Positions 25,976-39,300 of a DNA stretch of 64,000 nt are shown piece after piece. Location of the stretch: contig CM035351.1 in NCBI GenBank assembly GCA_020137815.1, forward strand, positions 3,906,001-3,970,000, in the 5' to 3' direction. Made by a program: the position numbers and the translations under genes. Source of the stretch: Hormiphora californensis (taxonomy: Eukaryota > Animalia > Ctenophora). Numbering within the stretch: position 1 is the stretch's first letter; each line of letters opens with the position of its first letter. The notes below the pieces were generated by a model, which saw only the letters and a list, made by a program, of their open reading frames with translations, made no database searches and had not been told where the DNA came from.

Positions 25976-27474
25976 AAAAATCATTGGGAATAAAAATATT
26001 ACGACATTTATTAAAGCAATGTCAATGGGAATCCTATACTATTGTTTGGGGCTAGAAGTATACTACCTCTTGACACATCACACGACCAAGTTAGAGATCA
26101 GGGACATTGTCAGAGAGTACTCGCTCCACTCCACACACAACAAAATATACACAAGAACGGTTATGTACGGAGAGGAAGGGAAAATATACGAAATGTAATG
26201 GTGCGATCACGCGGAAGTAATGCCAATTAGCTAAGCTAGGGGGAACACTTTACACCCTATTACACTAACTCTTCCACTCACACATTGGGGGAAGAGAGGG
26301 CCCAAATTAGCCCGCCACCTACACAAACAGAGACCATATAACAGTCTATAACAGTTGAATGTTGCTGCATAAACCAAGAGGAAGTAAACCATAGACTCGC
26401 CAAAACAAACACTCAGTTCCCGCTTGCTCCATTCTCACGCTCTAACCCTCACTCTTGCCCCCCACTATTCTCACAGCTCTCTGCCTCTTGTGAGAAGGGA
26501 TAGCAACAGAGAGAAAGAAGAAGCAGAAATGACGGGATCAATTATGCAATGGCCCCGGGTGTGCGGTGCCCAGTTCATTGCATATTTGAATGCCAGAGAA
26601 AGGGCGCCAAATATTTCCGATAGAAAGTCAAGTTCCGCGGAATTACAACCGACATCATCGGCACTTACAAAAGTTACACTGTCTCTTGGAACTACTACGT
26701 GTCAGGGCAACGCTGCCGTTTGAATTTTGGCGGGTTTTCTTACTCTGTTATGTTCTGCCAATATCAGTGTAAGTCAACGATTGGGAGAAAAAGAGAGTAC
26801 GTTAGCGAGCTAATAGAACATACAGTGCATTGAAAGTGCTAGCCAGGCATTGGCGGGAAGATGGGTCACGCGAGGGATCAGGGAGCAGCGTGATCCAGCA
26901 CGCGCCATCTCCACCTGCTAAAGAGGACCTCTGGACGAACGCCAGAATTTTTGTAAACCCATCTCCATTTTTTCTAGATTCACCCGAGACCTATCTCTCC
27001 CTCTCTCTCTCTCTCTCACTCGTTTCTCTCTCTCTATCTTTCTCTCTCCCTGTCTCTTTCTCTCTCCCTCTCTCTCTTCCATTGTACACGCTCAAACTCC
27101 AATATAATATGTATGGACGCCATTATTGAAGCGCGATGAATATTATGTGCATTATGCGAAATGGCGGGAAAACCGAGCTGCGTTGAGACCGGCTAGGGAT
27201 TAGGGAAAAACTCACTCTAACAATAACATAATTTGGTGTTATAATAGACCTAGGCCTTTACCAGTCTACATACAATGCGAGTTGCACGGTGCAAACGGGT
27301 GAAAAGGTTGAAATTTGAGTAAGCGCTAAGTACTGAAACGTGACTCAATGAATAAGCGATCATACTTCAAACGTTTAAAGACTGTTTATCATTTATGTCA
27401 TAGAAGGATTGTATCATCACTGACAGGAAGGAGTCTGGATACCATATAATGAAAAGTCGTGAGGGTACGAGAGC

Positions 27475-27551
<77 letters not shown>

Positions 27552-28196
27552 AGAAAGAGAGAGAGAGTTAAACAAAAAATGAATGGGTATGTGACTGTGA
27601 GGGAGAAATAGGGTTCCTGCCAAAAGAGGGAGAAAGAGAGTAAAAGACAGAGAGAGAGAGAGAGAGAGAGAGCGCGAGAGAGAAAGAGAGAGAGAGAGGG
27701 GCGAGAGAGAATGATGGTGCAGCGTATGTACACACATTTTAAACATTGATCCAAGGGTTGCGAGGGTATGGGAGGGCGGGAAGATTCGCGCCATAGCTGA
27801 AATCTATGTACTCTCGCCACAAGAAGACTACCGCGCGCGCGGCTAAGTTTCTTAAACAACGTGGGTCCAACGCGGGTCGCTTCTCTCGTGGTAGCGGCAG
27901 GGCACTAACCAACAGAGAATCAGCATTTAAAAGCAAAAAGAGTGAGGAGTCACGAGCAGCAAAGATCGGTTGTGTTTCAGAGTTGCAACAGGCTCCAAAG
28001 GGACAAAGGTGAGCCGCAGCAACAGGAATAATAAACTGCGGTACCCTCCTTTGTTATCCGTCAAGATAAAACACTATATAGTGAGGTTTGTATCTCCTGA
28101 ACTGTAAATAGGGGCACCAACAAGCCTTCCACATTATTTCATATTACAAGGATGAAGGAAATTAGAGGACATGATTTTCAAGATATGTAATAATCA

Positions 28197-29087
28197 AAAA
28201 AGGGGAGAAATAATAATAATAAAAGAGGCCACATGCATCCGGCCTAACAAATTCATTTCTATAAAAACAACGAACTAGCCATCTGGCTACACAGATAAGA
28301 TCATGATAAATGTGACAGTAAAAAGCTAATATTTATGATAGAGGTCTGTTGTAGGCACATCACGCCTGCTCCTTCCTCGGTATCCTCGGATCGAACAGGT
28401 AATTGACCTCACCATAGAGAATGACAGCCGAGTCCGCAGGTGCCTGATACATTCCTCATAAGAGTGGCCGGTCTTCTGGGCCTTCTTTGTGGCGAGTTGC
28501 TTCAGGAACATTTTGAATTCAGTGCCGAAACCTCCTGTTATGGACATCACTAGCGGCGTGAACGACGCTTTCTCGATTTCTGTTACTCGGTGAACATATT
28601 TCTTCTTCTTCTCTTTCTCGTGGTTGATATACGAATCAGCGATGTTCTCGGTTTCATTGGACTGGGCCCTTGAGTCAAAAACTCTTACATCAAAATAGGT
28701 ACAGTCCTGTGATCCCCAGAATCCCCTGGTCGATATATCCAACCTTGCTCCATCCCCTGTCGCTGTCCCCGGTGGTAGTTCCGCTCCTCCTACATTGAGC
28801 AGGTGAGGTTCGATCTTCGTGTCATAGCAAACATCTTGGAGTTCGGCGGCTAGAAAGTCCCGCACACAGTTGTGACGGTTTTGTACGAACTTTCCCATTT
28901 TGCATGACATTGAGTGAGCGATGGAGTTCTTCTCCCCACAAGCACATTCCACGGCCCGAGCTTCTCCGACGACCGGCATGTCGTATCTGGCTGAGAGGGC
29001 ATCATGAAATTCTTGCCGGTTCAGCGTATACCTGTGTGATTGTAGAGGTATACATGTAAGCCAGGTCGACGCTCCTTTCTCTTCCAG
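28197..29087 (-). mobile_element. 5'-truncated CRE-like (RLE-type) non-LTR retrotransposon, endonuclease-bearing 3' part only
   Basis: ORF 28326-29105 contains a CACG...HSMSC zinc knuckle, RHNCVRD, and IEPHL...ARLDI...FDVRVF...EKEKKKKY, typical of the restriction-like endonuclease C-terminus of CRE-clade elements. It is flanked by the direct repeat AAGATATGTAATAATCA at 28180-28196 and 29088-29104. Confidence 0.85.
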
Positions 29088-29105
29088 AAGATATGTAATA
29101 ATCAT
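28326..29105 (-). CDS. Retrotransposon RLE endonuclease fragment ORF (259 aa), no reverse transcriptase
   Basis: Open frame with CCHC and PD-(D/E)xK-like motifs; the ATG lies in the target-site duplication/flank. Confidence 0.6.
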   Translation of the reverse strand: MIITYLLEEKGASTWLTCIPLQSHRYTLNRQEFHDALSARYDMPVVGEARAVECACGEKNSIAHSMSCKMGKFVQNRHNCVRDFLAAELQDVCYDTKIEPHLLNVGGAELPPGTATGDGARLDISTRGFWGSQDCTYFDVRVFDSRAQSNETENIADSYINHEKEKKKKYVHRVTEIEKASFTPLVMSITGGFGTEFKMFLKQLATKKAQKTGHSYEECIRHLRTRLSFSMVRSITCSIRGYRGRSRRDVPTTDLYHKY

Positions 29106-30842
29106 GGCTCACAAAAATAGGGCAATTCGGGCGATTTGGAGATAAATAAACGGGGAAAACAGAAATAAAGATATTAAATTAATAAGGTATGTAGATGGCG
29201 AATCAGATATTAGGAACGGCTATTTTACGGCTATTTTACGTGTAACAACAAGTTGCCTTGTTCGATCCACGATTAGCTCAGACAAGATACTAGCTCAGAC
29301 AAGATACGAATATAAGACAGAGCCTGACAATCTGACAATGTAAAGGATGGTTTGAACATAACAAACAAGAAGCAGAACCTAAATTTAAGAGGAGGAGTAC
29401 ACAAATATTTTACTACGGTGTTCTGTAATACTCCAGAGATAGGCTCCAATTAGTAAGTCGGTCTGAATTGAAGGCAATAATAATAAACGTCAACTAATTG
29501 AATACATAAATAATAATGGATGGTTAGTGGGTGCCACCTGTCATTGGCGAGCTATGCTACGTCGGCGGAGCCCATGGACGATCAATTTCATTTGTCATAT
29601 AACTGTCATAATATGAATGTTTTTTCCCGAGTAGGATGCAAGAAATAAAACAGTCAGACATGATCATTTATTCACACTGAAACAATTGAACAAAAAGTAA
29701 CTGAAATCGCGAGAGAAAAAGAGAAAGAAACCATCGTGTATTTTATGCCATTTCAGCGTCTTTTAGGTATTTTACTATGGGAGATTGGGAGAAGTTTCAC
29801 ATAAATCAGATCAGAGGAAGCAAATGTGATTTTTAACAAATATGGTCGTGGAGTCACTAAACAACGCATCTTGTTTATGGTGAGTTTTACACGGAATATT
29901 TTACTCCTCGAAGTAAGGAGAGGAACAGTCTGTCACTAGATGGTTTACTTAGAAGTTAGAACCACACGTTTGTGAGTCGTTATCGCAAATTTGTTATGTT
30001 CTAACCGGCCAACCCTCATTTACATATCTTTCACCATGTGAGGCTCGGTGAGACAGGGTCGAACAAGGCAATCGCATATCAAATCTTCTCTCACTTTCTA
30101 AAACTAAAAAAACGTGGTATGTAGTTAGGGAAGTAACTAATACGATATGACCTAAAGTGAATTAAGAGTACAAACTTTTCTAATCTCTCTGGGTTTCTCG
30201 TTATTTCCGAGCAGATTCCCACTCAGCCCTCCCGAGTCATTTGTAAATTTGTTAACTTGTAAATTTCAACGTGCTATAGATATATATTGGATAACCGTAA
30301 TGTTCAAAGGCTGTCAGAAGACACAAAAGAGACGGCCGGTAACACGGAGAATGACAAGGCGACGACCAACAACAAGAGAAGACATGCGTAATACTGAGGT
30401 TTCACCCGTGATTGGCATTGTACAGTGAGTACCAACTACCAAGCATGAAGCATGTATACTAGGCGTAACACCGGCGGTGGCCAGCGAGTCACCTGCTACG
30501 GGTGACGGGTCGCACTTTCTTAATTCGCTATCCTCTCATAACATGTGCCGTCGCCTTGATAAATTTAGGTAGGTTTGAGGCTTAAATGGTAAATCACACG
30601 GGTACGGGATCGTCATAAATATTAAAAAGTCAAAAAATGAAGAAAAAAATCGAAACACGACTGTGCGGGTGTAAAAAAAAACTGCGATAAAAACTGCGAT
30701 AAAAACTGTTTTTGTGGCAGTGAAATCTTTCCGCAGTTGCGTTTGACGTAACGCGCAATAAAATTTATATTTGCGATGCATTTTTTTATGGCGCGCTGAA
30801 TATTGAGGACAAATTTGAAAATTTGGGTGGCTGTGGGAAAAC

Positions 30843-31667
30843 GTTAAAATCTGGGTGCCTTTCATTGCTAACAATTCGTAGTTTTGGCGCGCGCGACGGG
30901 TTAGGGCTATCCGTTAGGGTCTGGTTAGGGTTTGGTTTTTGGGGTTATCGGTTAGGGCTATCGATTCTCTAACTGATACCGTTTAGTTTACTCAAATCGG
31001 CCATGTGGTTCCATGGCTATAGCCGTTTGAAAAAAGTCGGTCTAAGTATACTCTTTTGGTAGTGCGCACCTGTAAACAGGCTGCAAGGCACCCAGATTAT
31101 AATTGCGCCCTGGGAAAACGTTAAAATTGGAAAACGTTAAAATCTGGGTGCCTTTCATTGCTAACAATTCGTAGTTTTGGCGCGCGCGGCGGGTTAGGGC
31201 TATCCGTTAGGGTCTGGTTAGGGTTTGGTTTGGGGTTACCGGTTAGGGCTATCGATTCTCTAACTGATACCGTTTAGTTTACACAAATCGGCCATGTGGT
31301 TCCATGGCTATAGCCGTTTGAAAAAAGTCGGTCTAAGTATACTCTTTTGGCAGCGCGCACCTGTAAACAGGCTGCAAGGCACCCAGATTATAATCGCGCC
31401 CGTTAAAATCTGGGTGCCTTTCATTGCTAACAATTCGTAGTTTTGGCGCGCGCGACGGTTTAGGGCTATCCGTTAGGGTCTGGTTAGGGTTTGGTTTGGG
31501 GTTATCGGTTAGGGCTATCGATTCTCTAACAGATACCGTTTAGTTTACTCAAATTGGCCATGTGGTTGCGTGGCTATAGCCGTTTGAAAAAAGTCGATCT
31601 AAGTGTACTCTTTTGGTAGCCCGCACCTGTAAACAGGCTGCAAGGCACCCAGATTATAATCGCGCCC
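30843..31667. repeat. Three ~266-bp tandem units containing TTAGGG-like motifs, plus a degenerate partial fourth unit to ~31850
   Basis: Units start GTTAAAATCTGGGTGCC at 30843, 31136 and 31402 and end CGCGCCC. Confidence 0.85.
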
Positions 31668-32579
31668 GGCCGTGGCTCGCGGTGCTAAAAAATTATCGAT
31701 TTTAGCGGTTTCGACGGATAATAGCCGTTAAGCCTTAAGGCTAGGGTCTTGTTAGTTATCGGTTAAGATTATCGGTAAGTGATATCAATTATCTATCAGA
31801 TTCTGTTTAGTTTACTCAAATTGGCCTTGTCGTTACGTGGCTATAGCCGTTTTCTGGCGACTTAAATATGTATAATGTTATTGTTATTGTTATTGTTATA
31901 TTGTTTGAAAACAGTCGGTCTGACAGTTGTGCTCCGCCATATTTGCCGCCCGCATAAAGCGTCGCCCAAAGCTTTGCTCACGACATCTAAGACACAGTAC
32001 GCTAAGATTAAATGCTTTTTTGTGCGTCTTGGTCAACGCTTTGGGCGGCACTGTGAAAAATGAACACACACAGGGACCCCCGGGCTCAGGCCTCAGACCG
32101 TAACATTTAATCATATCACTCCCGCTGTGCGCGACCATTTGCACGCTGAAATATGCACTGTGCTTCCGCGGGAGCGTGCAGATATAGAGGTAGCGGGATA
32201 TAAGTGAGAAATGTGTTTTTACACCTTATTCACACACAAACACACAGAATATGACTGACAAGGTACTACTGCACGACACACAGTCTGCCATTTTACACTC
32301 ACTCTCCCTCTTTCTCTCACTAATTATCCCCTTGCACGTTTTGTTGTTTGCTATTTCCAAGAATTCCAATCTCCCTCTCTCGCATCTCTCTCTTTATCTC
32401 TCTCTTCTTTTCACTGTTTCAAACTATCAGACCTTCTCTCCCTTGTGTGTAACCGGTGTAGAAGTGTATTTTTGTCTAGTTTTGCTTAGTTTGTACCTTG
32501 TTTTGTCACATCTCTCTGTGTGTAATCACCCAAAATTATGATTGTTTTGCTTGCCATGTGTTTTCTCGCGGAATATATA

Positions 32580-32755
32580 CTCAATAACGTCCTGCACGGC
32601 ATGTGCAAGCGCTCCTATATCGCACTCGTTTCACTCGTGCAATATAGATGTGAAATGCACTCCAGCTCCGCTGTCGTGCATTTCACCTCCATATACGCTC
32701 TGCAGTGCAGAGCGTATATGGCGCGCTTGCACTGCGTGCAGAACGTTATATACTA
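32580..32755. mobile_element. Multi-hairpin MITE-like element ~70 bp upstream of the NBAS ATG
   Basis: Outer imperfect inverted repeat ATAACGTCCTGCACG...CGTGCAGAACGTTAT enclosing hairpins GTGAAATGCAC/GTGCATTTCAC and CCATATACGCTCTGCA/TGCAGAGCGTATATGG. Confidence 0.55.
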
Positions 32756-32824
32756 TATATACCTCACATTTTTCCAGCAGCAATTTATGTAGTATCTACA
32801 CGAAGAAGATTACAAGATTACTCC

Positions 32825-35800
32825 ATGCTTTATGAGTTTGATGTGATACACGAATGGGATGCCTCTGTTCCTAAAAAAGGCCTATCCCTCCCCTTCTTCA
32901 ACAATCCTGATACATGCTCTATCAAATACTCCCCCGTATCGCACGACGGAGAATTCTCGGCAATTCTTACGCACAAGGGAATAGAGATCAGAAGTAGGCG
33001 GACATCGTATGATGTAGTTTGCCAGGTGCCCGGCTCTGTATTTTCTTGGTCCACCAATTCTAACCACCTGGGTGTCCTGGAGTCCGAGAGTGAGGCTGTT
33101 GTGTACAATGTGGAGGGAGAGGAGGTGTTCCGGAAGGCAATGCCCGGGTCTGTGATCGATAAAATAATAATTTGGAAAAGTGGGAGTGTATTTAATCTTT
33201 GTCTACTGACCGAGACGCGACATCAGCTTGTTACAGTATTGGGGACGAAGATTAGCTTCCATTATTCGGAGATATCCTTCAAGGAAGTGTACCTTTTAGA
33301 TGAGCTTTTAATAACACTACATCCTACAAAGAAAGGTACGATTTAACAGTAAATTCAATTCAGGATCAGTATTCTCGATATTCATGTTTCACGTAGTTTT
33401 ATGATTTATTTTCGGTATACAGTCGGACCCGGATTTACCGGGATGCTCGGGGGAAAGGGTTTTGCGCAGTAAATCGGGGGCCGACTGTACTTTTAACCAC
33501 ATTCCACAGGTTTGCAATTGGTATGTAGGAACGTCCTGACTTTAGAGGAGAGTAATACCTTCACTTGCCCCGTGGGATGCCTTCTGGCAGTAGGCAACTG
33601 CGAGGGACATCTTCTGGCTTTGGCGGATAACGCTACCCGCTCTATCTCCCTCTACTTTCTGTGCACCATGAAACTAGCTAAAAGGATCAATTACAGCCAG
33701 GTTTGAGATACATTGAGCAGTTTTAAAAAGTGTATTGTTTAGATCTGTCATGATAAGTAGTTTGGAAATATACTTCCCCTCTCATTGTTTCGAAACTTGA
33801 AATTCGAAAACTCGGTTACCTAACTCATAACCATTCCCAGATTGGTAACTTTGTAGCGACAGAGTTCATCAGGAGTATAGCGTGGTGGGTGAAGGACACT
33901 GTCGCCATTCTCACCTCCACTGGCAGGCTTCTCTTTCTCTGTTATAAGACACTGGAAGTCGAGGACGCCGAATCGTTCTCCCCAACATCATTCCTCCTTC
34001 CCTCCCCACCCAAGTCAATAGTGGTGCTTGAGGAGCACCGGACGGAGCCCGATTTCTCCCTCATCTCCCTGTTCAATGGGTCGGGTGATCAGCACGTGAC
34101 TGTCCACGAGAAGTTGGTTCAGGTCCTCCAGACCTCCCCTGAGGTACTCTTCAGACAGAAGATTAGTGGAGGGGAGTTCGGGGAGGCGATCCTTCTGGCT
34201 AACAAGTTTGATCTGAATGCTGATGAGGTGTACAAAGCACAGTGGGCGTGTAATAATACCCATCCTTCTGCAATACAGGTACATATGCAGACCATTGGGA
34301 TATCTCTTGTCAGGCACTGACTGTACATCGCGCACCCCGCAAGTACTCTTCGGTCTCATATATATGATACAAGATATCTCATACTTCCTAGTGACTCGTG
34401 CATGTACGAATAAATTAAAAAGATTCGGTTATTTGCTTTTCAAACACCACACCACATGTCACGGGTACACGTTTCACACACCAGCTGTGTGTGAAACTTC
34501 CTGGAACAGTAACACAAACACAGTGTAAACCAGTGTATGAACAATGGTTTAGTAGTTGTAATTCTAACTGTATTGTTTGGTAACGAAGTTACCCCTCCCT
34601 TGCCGGCGCTAGGTTATTTCGTAACCAACCTGTTTGCAGGACTTCCTAACCAAAATATCTGATGATGAGTGGGTCCTCACTGAGATCGAATCCTTCATTG
34701 CTACCGATATTGGCTTTGCTACTCAAATTATTGAGTACGGGAAACAAAGAACCAAGTATGTATTGAAACCCCGGGACATGTAACGGTTGAAAATATATGC
34801 AAGCAATGCGATTCAAACTGCAAGTGTGTTAATTTGAAGACATCAATTTTTAGTATCCATCTTTCAGAATCTTTAGTAGACACCTGTTAGAAGTTCTGAG
34901 TTTCCCATTTTCCTGTGTTTCAGGTCCGGTGAAGATGAGCGGTTAGACAACTGTTATCTTGTAGTATCTTTATACGGGGAAATCCTGGACCGGGAACCGG
35001 AGATGGAGTATGATGGAGAGCTCCTGCACCTGTTTTACACCTTGCCCCTAGTTGAGATGGGAATGATGCTCGCCAAGCAGGGCTACTGGACTGCCATTGA
35101 TGTTCTGATGACCAAGAACAAGGTACAGTTTAATAGGTTACAGGAATCGACCGAATCAGGAAATACTGGTCCCTGATTGGCTGATAACCAATCACGTGAC
35201 CTAAATAAGGAGTTCTGATTGGTTGTTTACTTGTTTCGGTCGGTTCCTGATAATTTACAATGTTCACATCAGTCGGGTGGATCTGGAGGAGCTATAAAAT
35301 TCATATTTCACAACCCCACCAGGGTTCATAGCCAATAGGTGACACAGTGTCACACCAGCCATTTTGGTATTTGCATGAGCAAGTGTCAAGTGAGGAACTA
35401 AATCTTTCCTGAGCGAATAGTAATATTCTATGGTCTTTCCTGAGACACGGCAATATGGGGATTGGTGGGAGCTTGTTCAACAACCCCCCAGTCAGACAAT
35501 CCAGTGTCACACCACGTATGTGTTATAGTGTTGTAGCTTAAACCCATGCATTAGGTGTTGTGTGATAGCTAACATCATTTGTAGACACAAATAAGGAGTA
35601 TGTGGTGTACTTGTTCGTCGACAGACCTATACCCTCAGCGGTATATTGACCAAATTCACTAAACCCCCATCAGGGTATAGCCATATGTGAGCAATACCCA
35701 GTCAATTCGGGTGTCGATGCTGTATATGAAATCATTATGGCTAATAATTATGCTAAGGAATTATAGAGTTAGAAACTCTTGACCTCCTGATTTCCCCGAA

Positions 35801-36248
35801 GGATAGGAGGAGTATTGGTCTCTTCCGTTCAGAAGGACCCTAACATCCGCCTCCGATACTACGAATTCACTACCACGTTATGGCTAATTTGTTGACACAC
35901 TTGTGTGAGTGTGAGTAGTTAACACTGGTTAGCAATAGATTGGAAGATTTACACTCCCTGCCCCGTTTACTCGTCCCGTTCTCAACGTTTCCCCCATCCT
36001 AGTTCGTCCTATTATCATATCTATCTATATGCAACATTGGTTCAGTTACTCACTATGACGAGTAAGAACTCCCCTCGTTCCGTCTTGTTCATACTTGTGT
36101 TACACATCCTCTGCTACACGTCACTCTCTCTCTCCTTCTCTCTCTCTCCGTATCGCAGAGTTCACGTCAGTAGAGAAGGGAAGAGGAAGCTCTCTCATCT
36201 CTCATATCTCTCCATCATCGTCTCGTCTCTTCTCGGTAGTACGTCTAC

Positions 36249-36325
<77 letters not shown>

Positions 36326-39300
36326 CCTCTCTCTCCCACTCTCAATGTCCCATTGCTGACTCTTAGTTTCCCAGTTATGATGCTGTGTTGTCCTCTCCTC
36401 TCCTTTCCTGGGTATCGGAGGACGGTAAAGATGCTACGCTGGGAATGTGGGATGAAGAGGTCCTTGATCTACCAGTCACTTCCTTTAACACAAGGTAACC
36501 CCGGGAATATAACTATATTTTTTTTGCTGATATCTGTTTGAATGATATGAAGGAACTTTGTCTTCTACCCTACCGTTTCTTTGTCTCATAACATTGTCCT
36601 CTCCGCGCCAGGCGGGTGTGTGTGTGATGTTACAGTCTGCCTAACCCTTTCTCACGATACGTCCCCTCCACTTCCAGGTCGCCCAGTGAGGTACCCCCTC
36701 ACCTTCTAGAGTTCATTGGACCTGTCTCAGCGGAGAAAGTTATTCGATGGTATCGGGCCCGTGCCTCCCAGATGGTGGAACTATCCTGTCTCTATGAGCA
36801 CTCAATCTCCCTCCTCACCCTGGGGATCGAGCGGCTTGTGCCACTGGATATGCTCCAGTGTGGGCTGTCCCTCCTCCAAAGTGCGGCGTGTTACGGTGCT
36901 GCTCCAGTCACTATGGAACCCCTCCAAACTCTGAATCAGAGTCTGTGTGCCCTGACCCTTGAGCTGGTGGATAGGGTGCCTGCGGTGGAGAGAGTATCTC
37001 TAATTGTTGAGGTAGTCCTGCCCTTTTTGGCCGGGGTGCACTGTGTAACGGGTCAGCAGGTCCCTCTTGATAGATTATTAATGGAGGCTACACCTCATCT
37101 CTGTAGGGACTCTCTCGTCCCCCTTCTACAGATACTGCAATCAAAGGTAAGACAGGTCAGAATACCCCTAGACCCTGGGGAGTGTGTCATGGCTTTTCAG
37201 TATCATACTTATTATAGCTTTGAATCCTATTGTTAATTATTGTTAATCTCGTCAGTCTCACGCAAGTCCAGTACTAAACATCTTTTCCTCCCAGGAGTTG
37301 GTAGTCCCTGATAAACACGCTCTCTCCATGACAGCCCTCACTGCATGCCGCAAGACAGCCGATTGGTTGCCCACAGCTCGTCGTATCGGATCCCTTGTCA
37401 GCACCCTCCAGTGGCACCTCCAGTTCACCGAAATCACCCTGAAACACCTTGGTGGCATGAGCTCTGGTGATCTGTTTACCGGTATCGAGAGTTCGGATGA
37501 GTTCCCTGTCCTGGTTAAGAGGGTAGCGGAGGAGGCGTTTACTGTTCGGGATACCTCTCTTGTTGAGGTTGTGGGACACCTGGGAGGGAGTGGAGTTGAG
37601 GTGATCAGTAGGGTGTTGTTCCAGTGTGCTGTGGCATGTGGTCATGTTGAGGTTGTAGAGTGTGTGGTAATGGCACGTGGTAATCAGGAGAAGGAGGGGT
37701 GGAGGGAGATGGTTAGAACACACACCCATGATCTCTTCTACTCATGCTCAGATACACGGTCTAGTGCCATGGACATTGTCAGGTGAGAACTAGAACCACT
37801 AAAAAATAGGCCTAGTCGATTTCAGTGTGATTCAAATTCTCCCCGTCTCTAGTTTGCTTTCACTCATTCTGAGGGAAACGAAGAAGGGTCGAGTACAAAC
37901 TATACACTTCTCCCGCCTCTATTATATCCCGCCCAGACTATTTTAGACAATTCTCCCGCCCCAGATTGTTGCTACAAGAATGTCCATACCCGGAGGTGAC
38001 GACCCAGCTAAGCGTTCTGGACACCCTGGCAGGACTCGGTTTGGTCCTGAAACCAGCTACCCTCCGCTCTGAAAGTGGGCTTGGAGTCCTGAAACGCGTG
38101 GTGAAGGTTAACGCTACTAACTATAACAAGGTAATAATAGCTGATCCTATTATCATCTTAACTACCGTGGTCAGAGCATTGGCCTGACAGAAACATTCAC
38201 AGTGAATCTTCAACCTGACGTAATGAAATCCCTAATTGGATTAGGATTATGCTAGCGTTTAGGTATTGGACCGTTTTATAGATGAAGTTGAATCTAAAAT
38301 GAACAATAAATATAGCTGCTTCTATTAACCCAAAGGTAAAGGAGCTGGTCCGACTGGGTGAGCTGTTGTCTCTGACCAGGGGGACTGTACTGGTTACACT
38401 ACTGGAGGAGGCACTTCACCACACTAATGTTCCTCTTTGTAAAACACTTTCCTCTGACATTGTATCCCATGGTGAGTTGTGTTGACTGTTGTTATAGTGA
38501 TTTAGTGTGGTTACAACCCATCTGCAAACTTCATGAAATATGAAAATCTTAACGTATGTTTCCATGTGTATTAGCCCGATATTATTAGTACGTAGGGTGA
38601 CTACTAACTACTAAAATCTACTTCACCTCACAGGTTACACTGCTGGTGTAGAGGTTGTCGGTAAGGTTCTCAAGATCCTTCCTGTCGAGGAGAGAGCACT
38701 AAAGATGTCCCTGGTAAACTTTGTTCTTGAGCATGGTCCCATCTCCCTTGTAGACGAGATGATGGGGCAGGTGGAAACTACTCCCCCGCCTGATCCAGTT
38801 GTGGGGGATAACGTGTTCTTTGGAGCATCCTTACATGATCTGAGGGTCAATCCTAAAGGTATGGAGATTAGTTGAAAAGTAAACTATTTTCCTCTTTTCC
38901 ATATATTGCTGTGTTCAGTAATAGATATGTAGTGTTTAGTACCATCTAGTTCATTATCAACCCCTCTATCGTATCATGGCTCGTACCCCGGACCCCCTTG
39001 GTAGCCCACCACAAACACCCCTCCCTCTACTCCAGATGATCTTTCTCAATTTTATCCTGACAATTGTCGGCTCCAGCCCACTAAAACCCCCTCCCTGCAG
39101 ATATATCTCCCTCTTTTCTATATGTGGCCCCTTGGTAGCGCACTTAAACCCCTTCCCTGCAGAGGTAGAAGAAACCGAATCTCTGGAGGATCTCTACCAA
39201 CTATACAGTTACGGTGTGCTATATGAGGGTCATGTGAACATTGACCGTATCCCCTCCATTCCCTCCATCCCTACATGATACTGATGTTGCCCAACTTCCT

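Noticed and set aside
30895-31520. Telomere or interstitial telomeric array
   Set aside because: TTAGGG motifs are dispersed within a longer unit, not a contiguous (TTAGGG)n tract.
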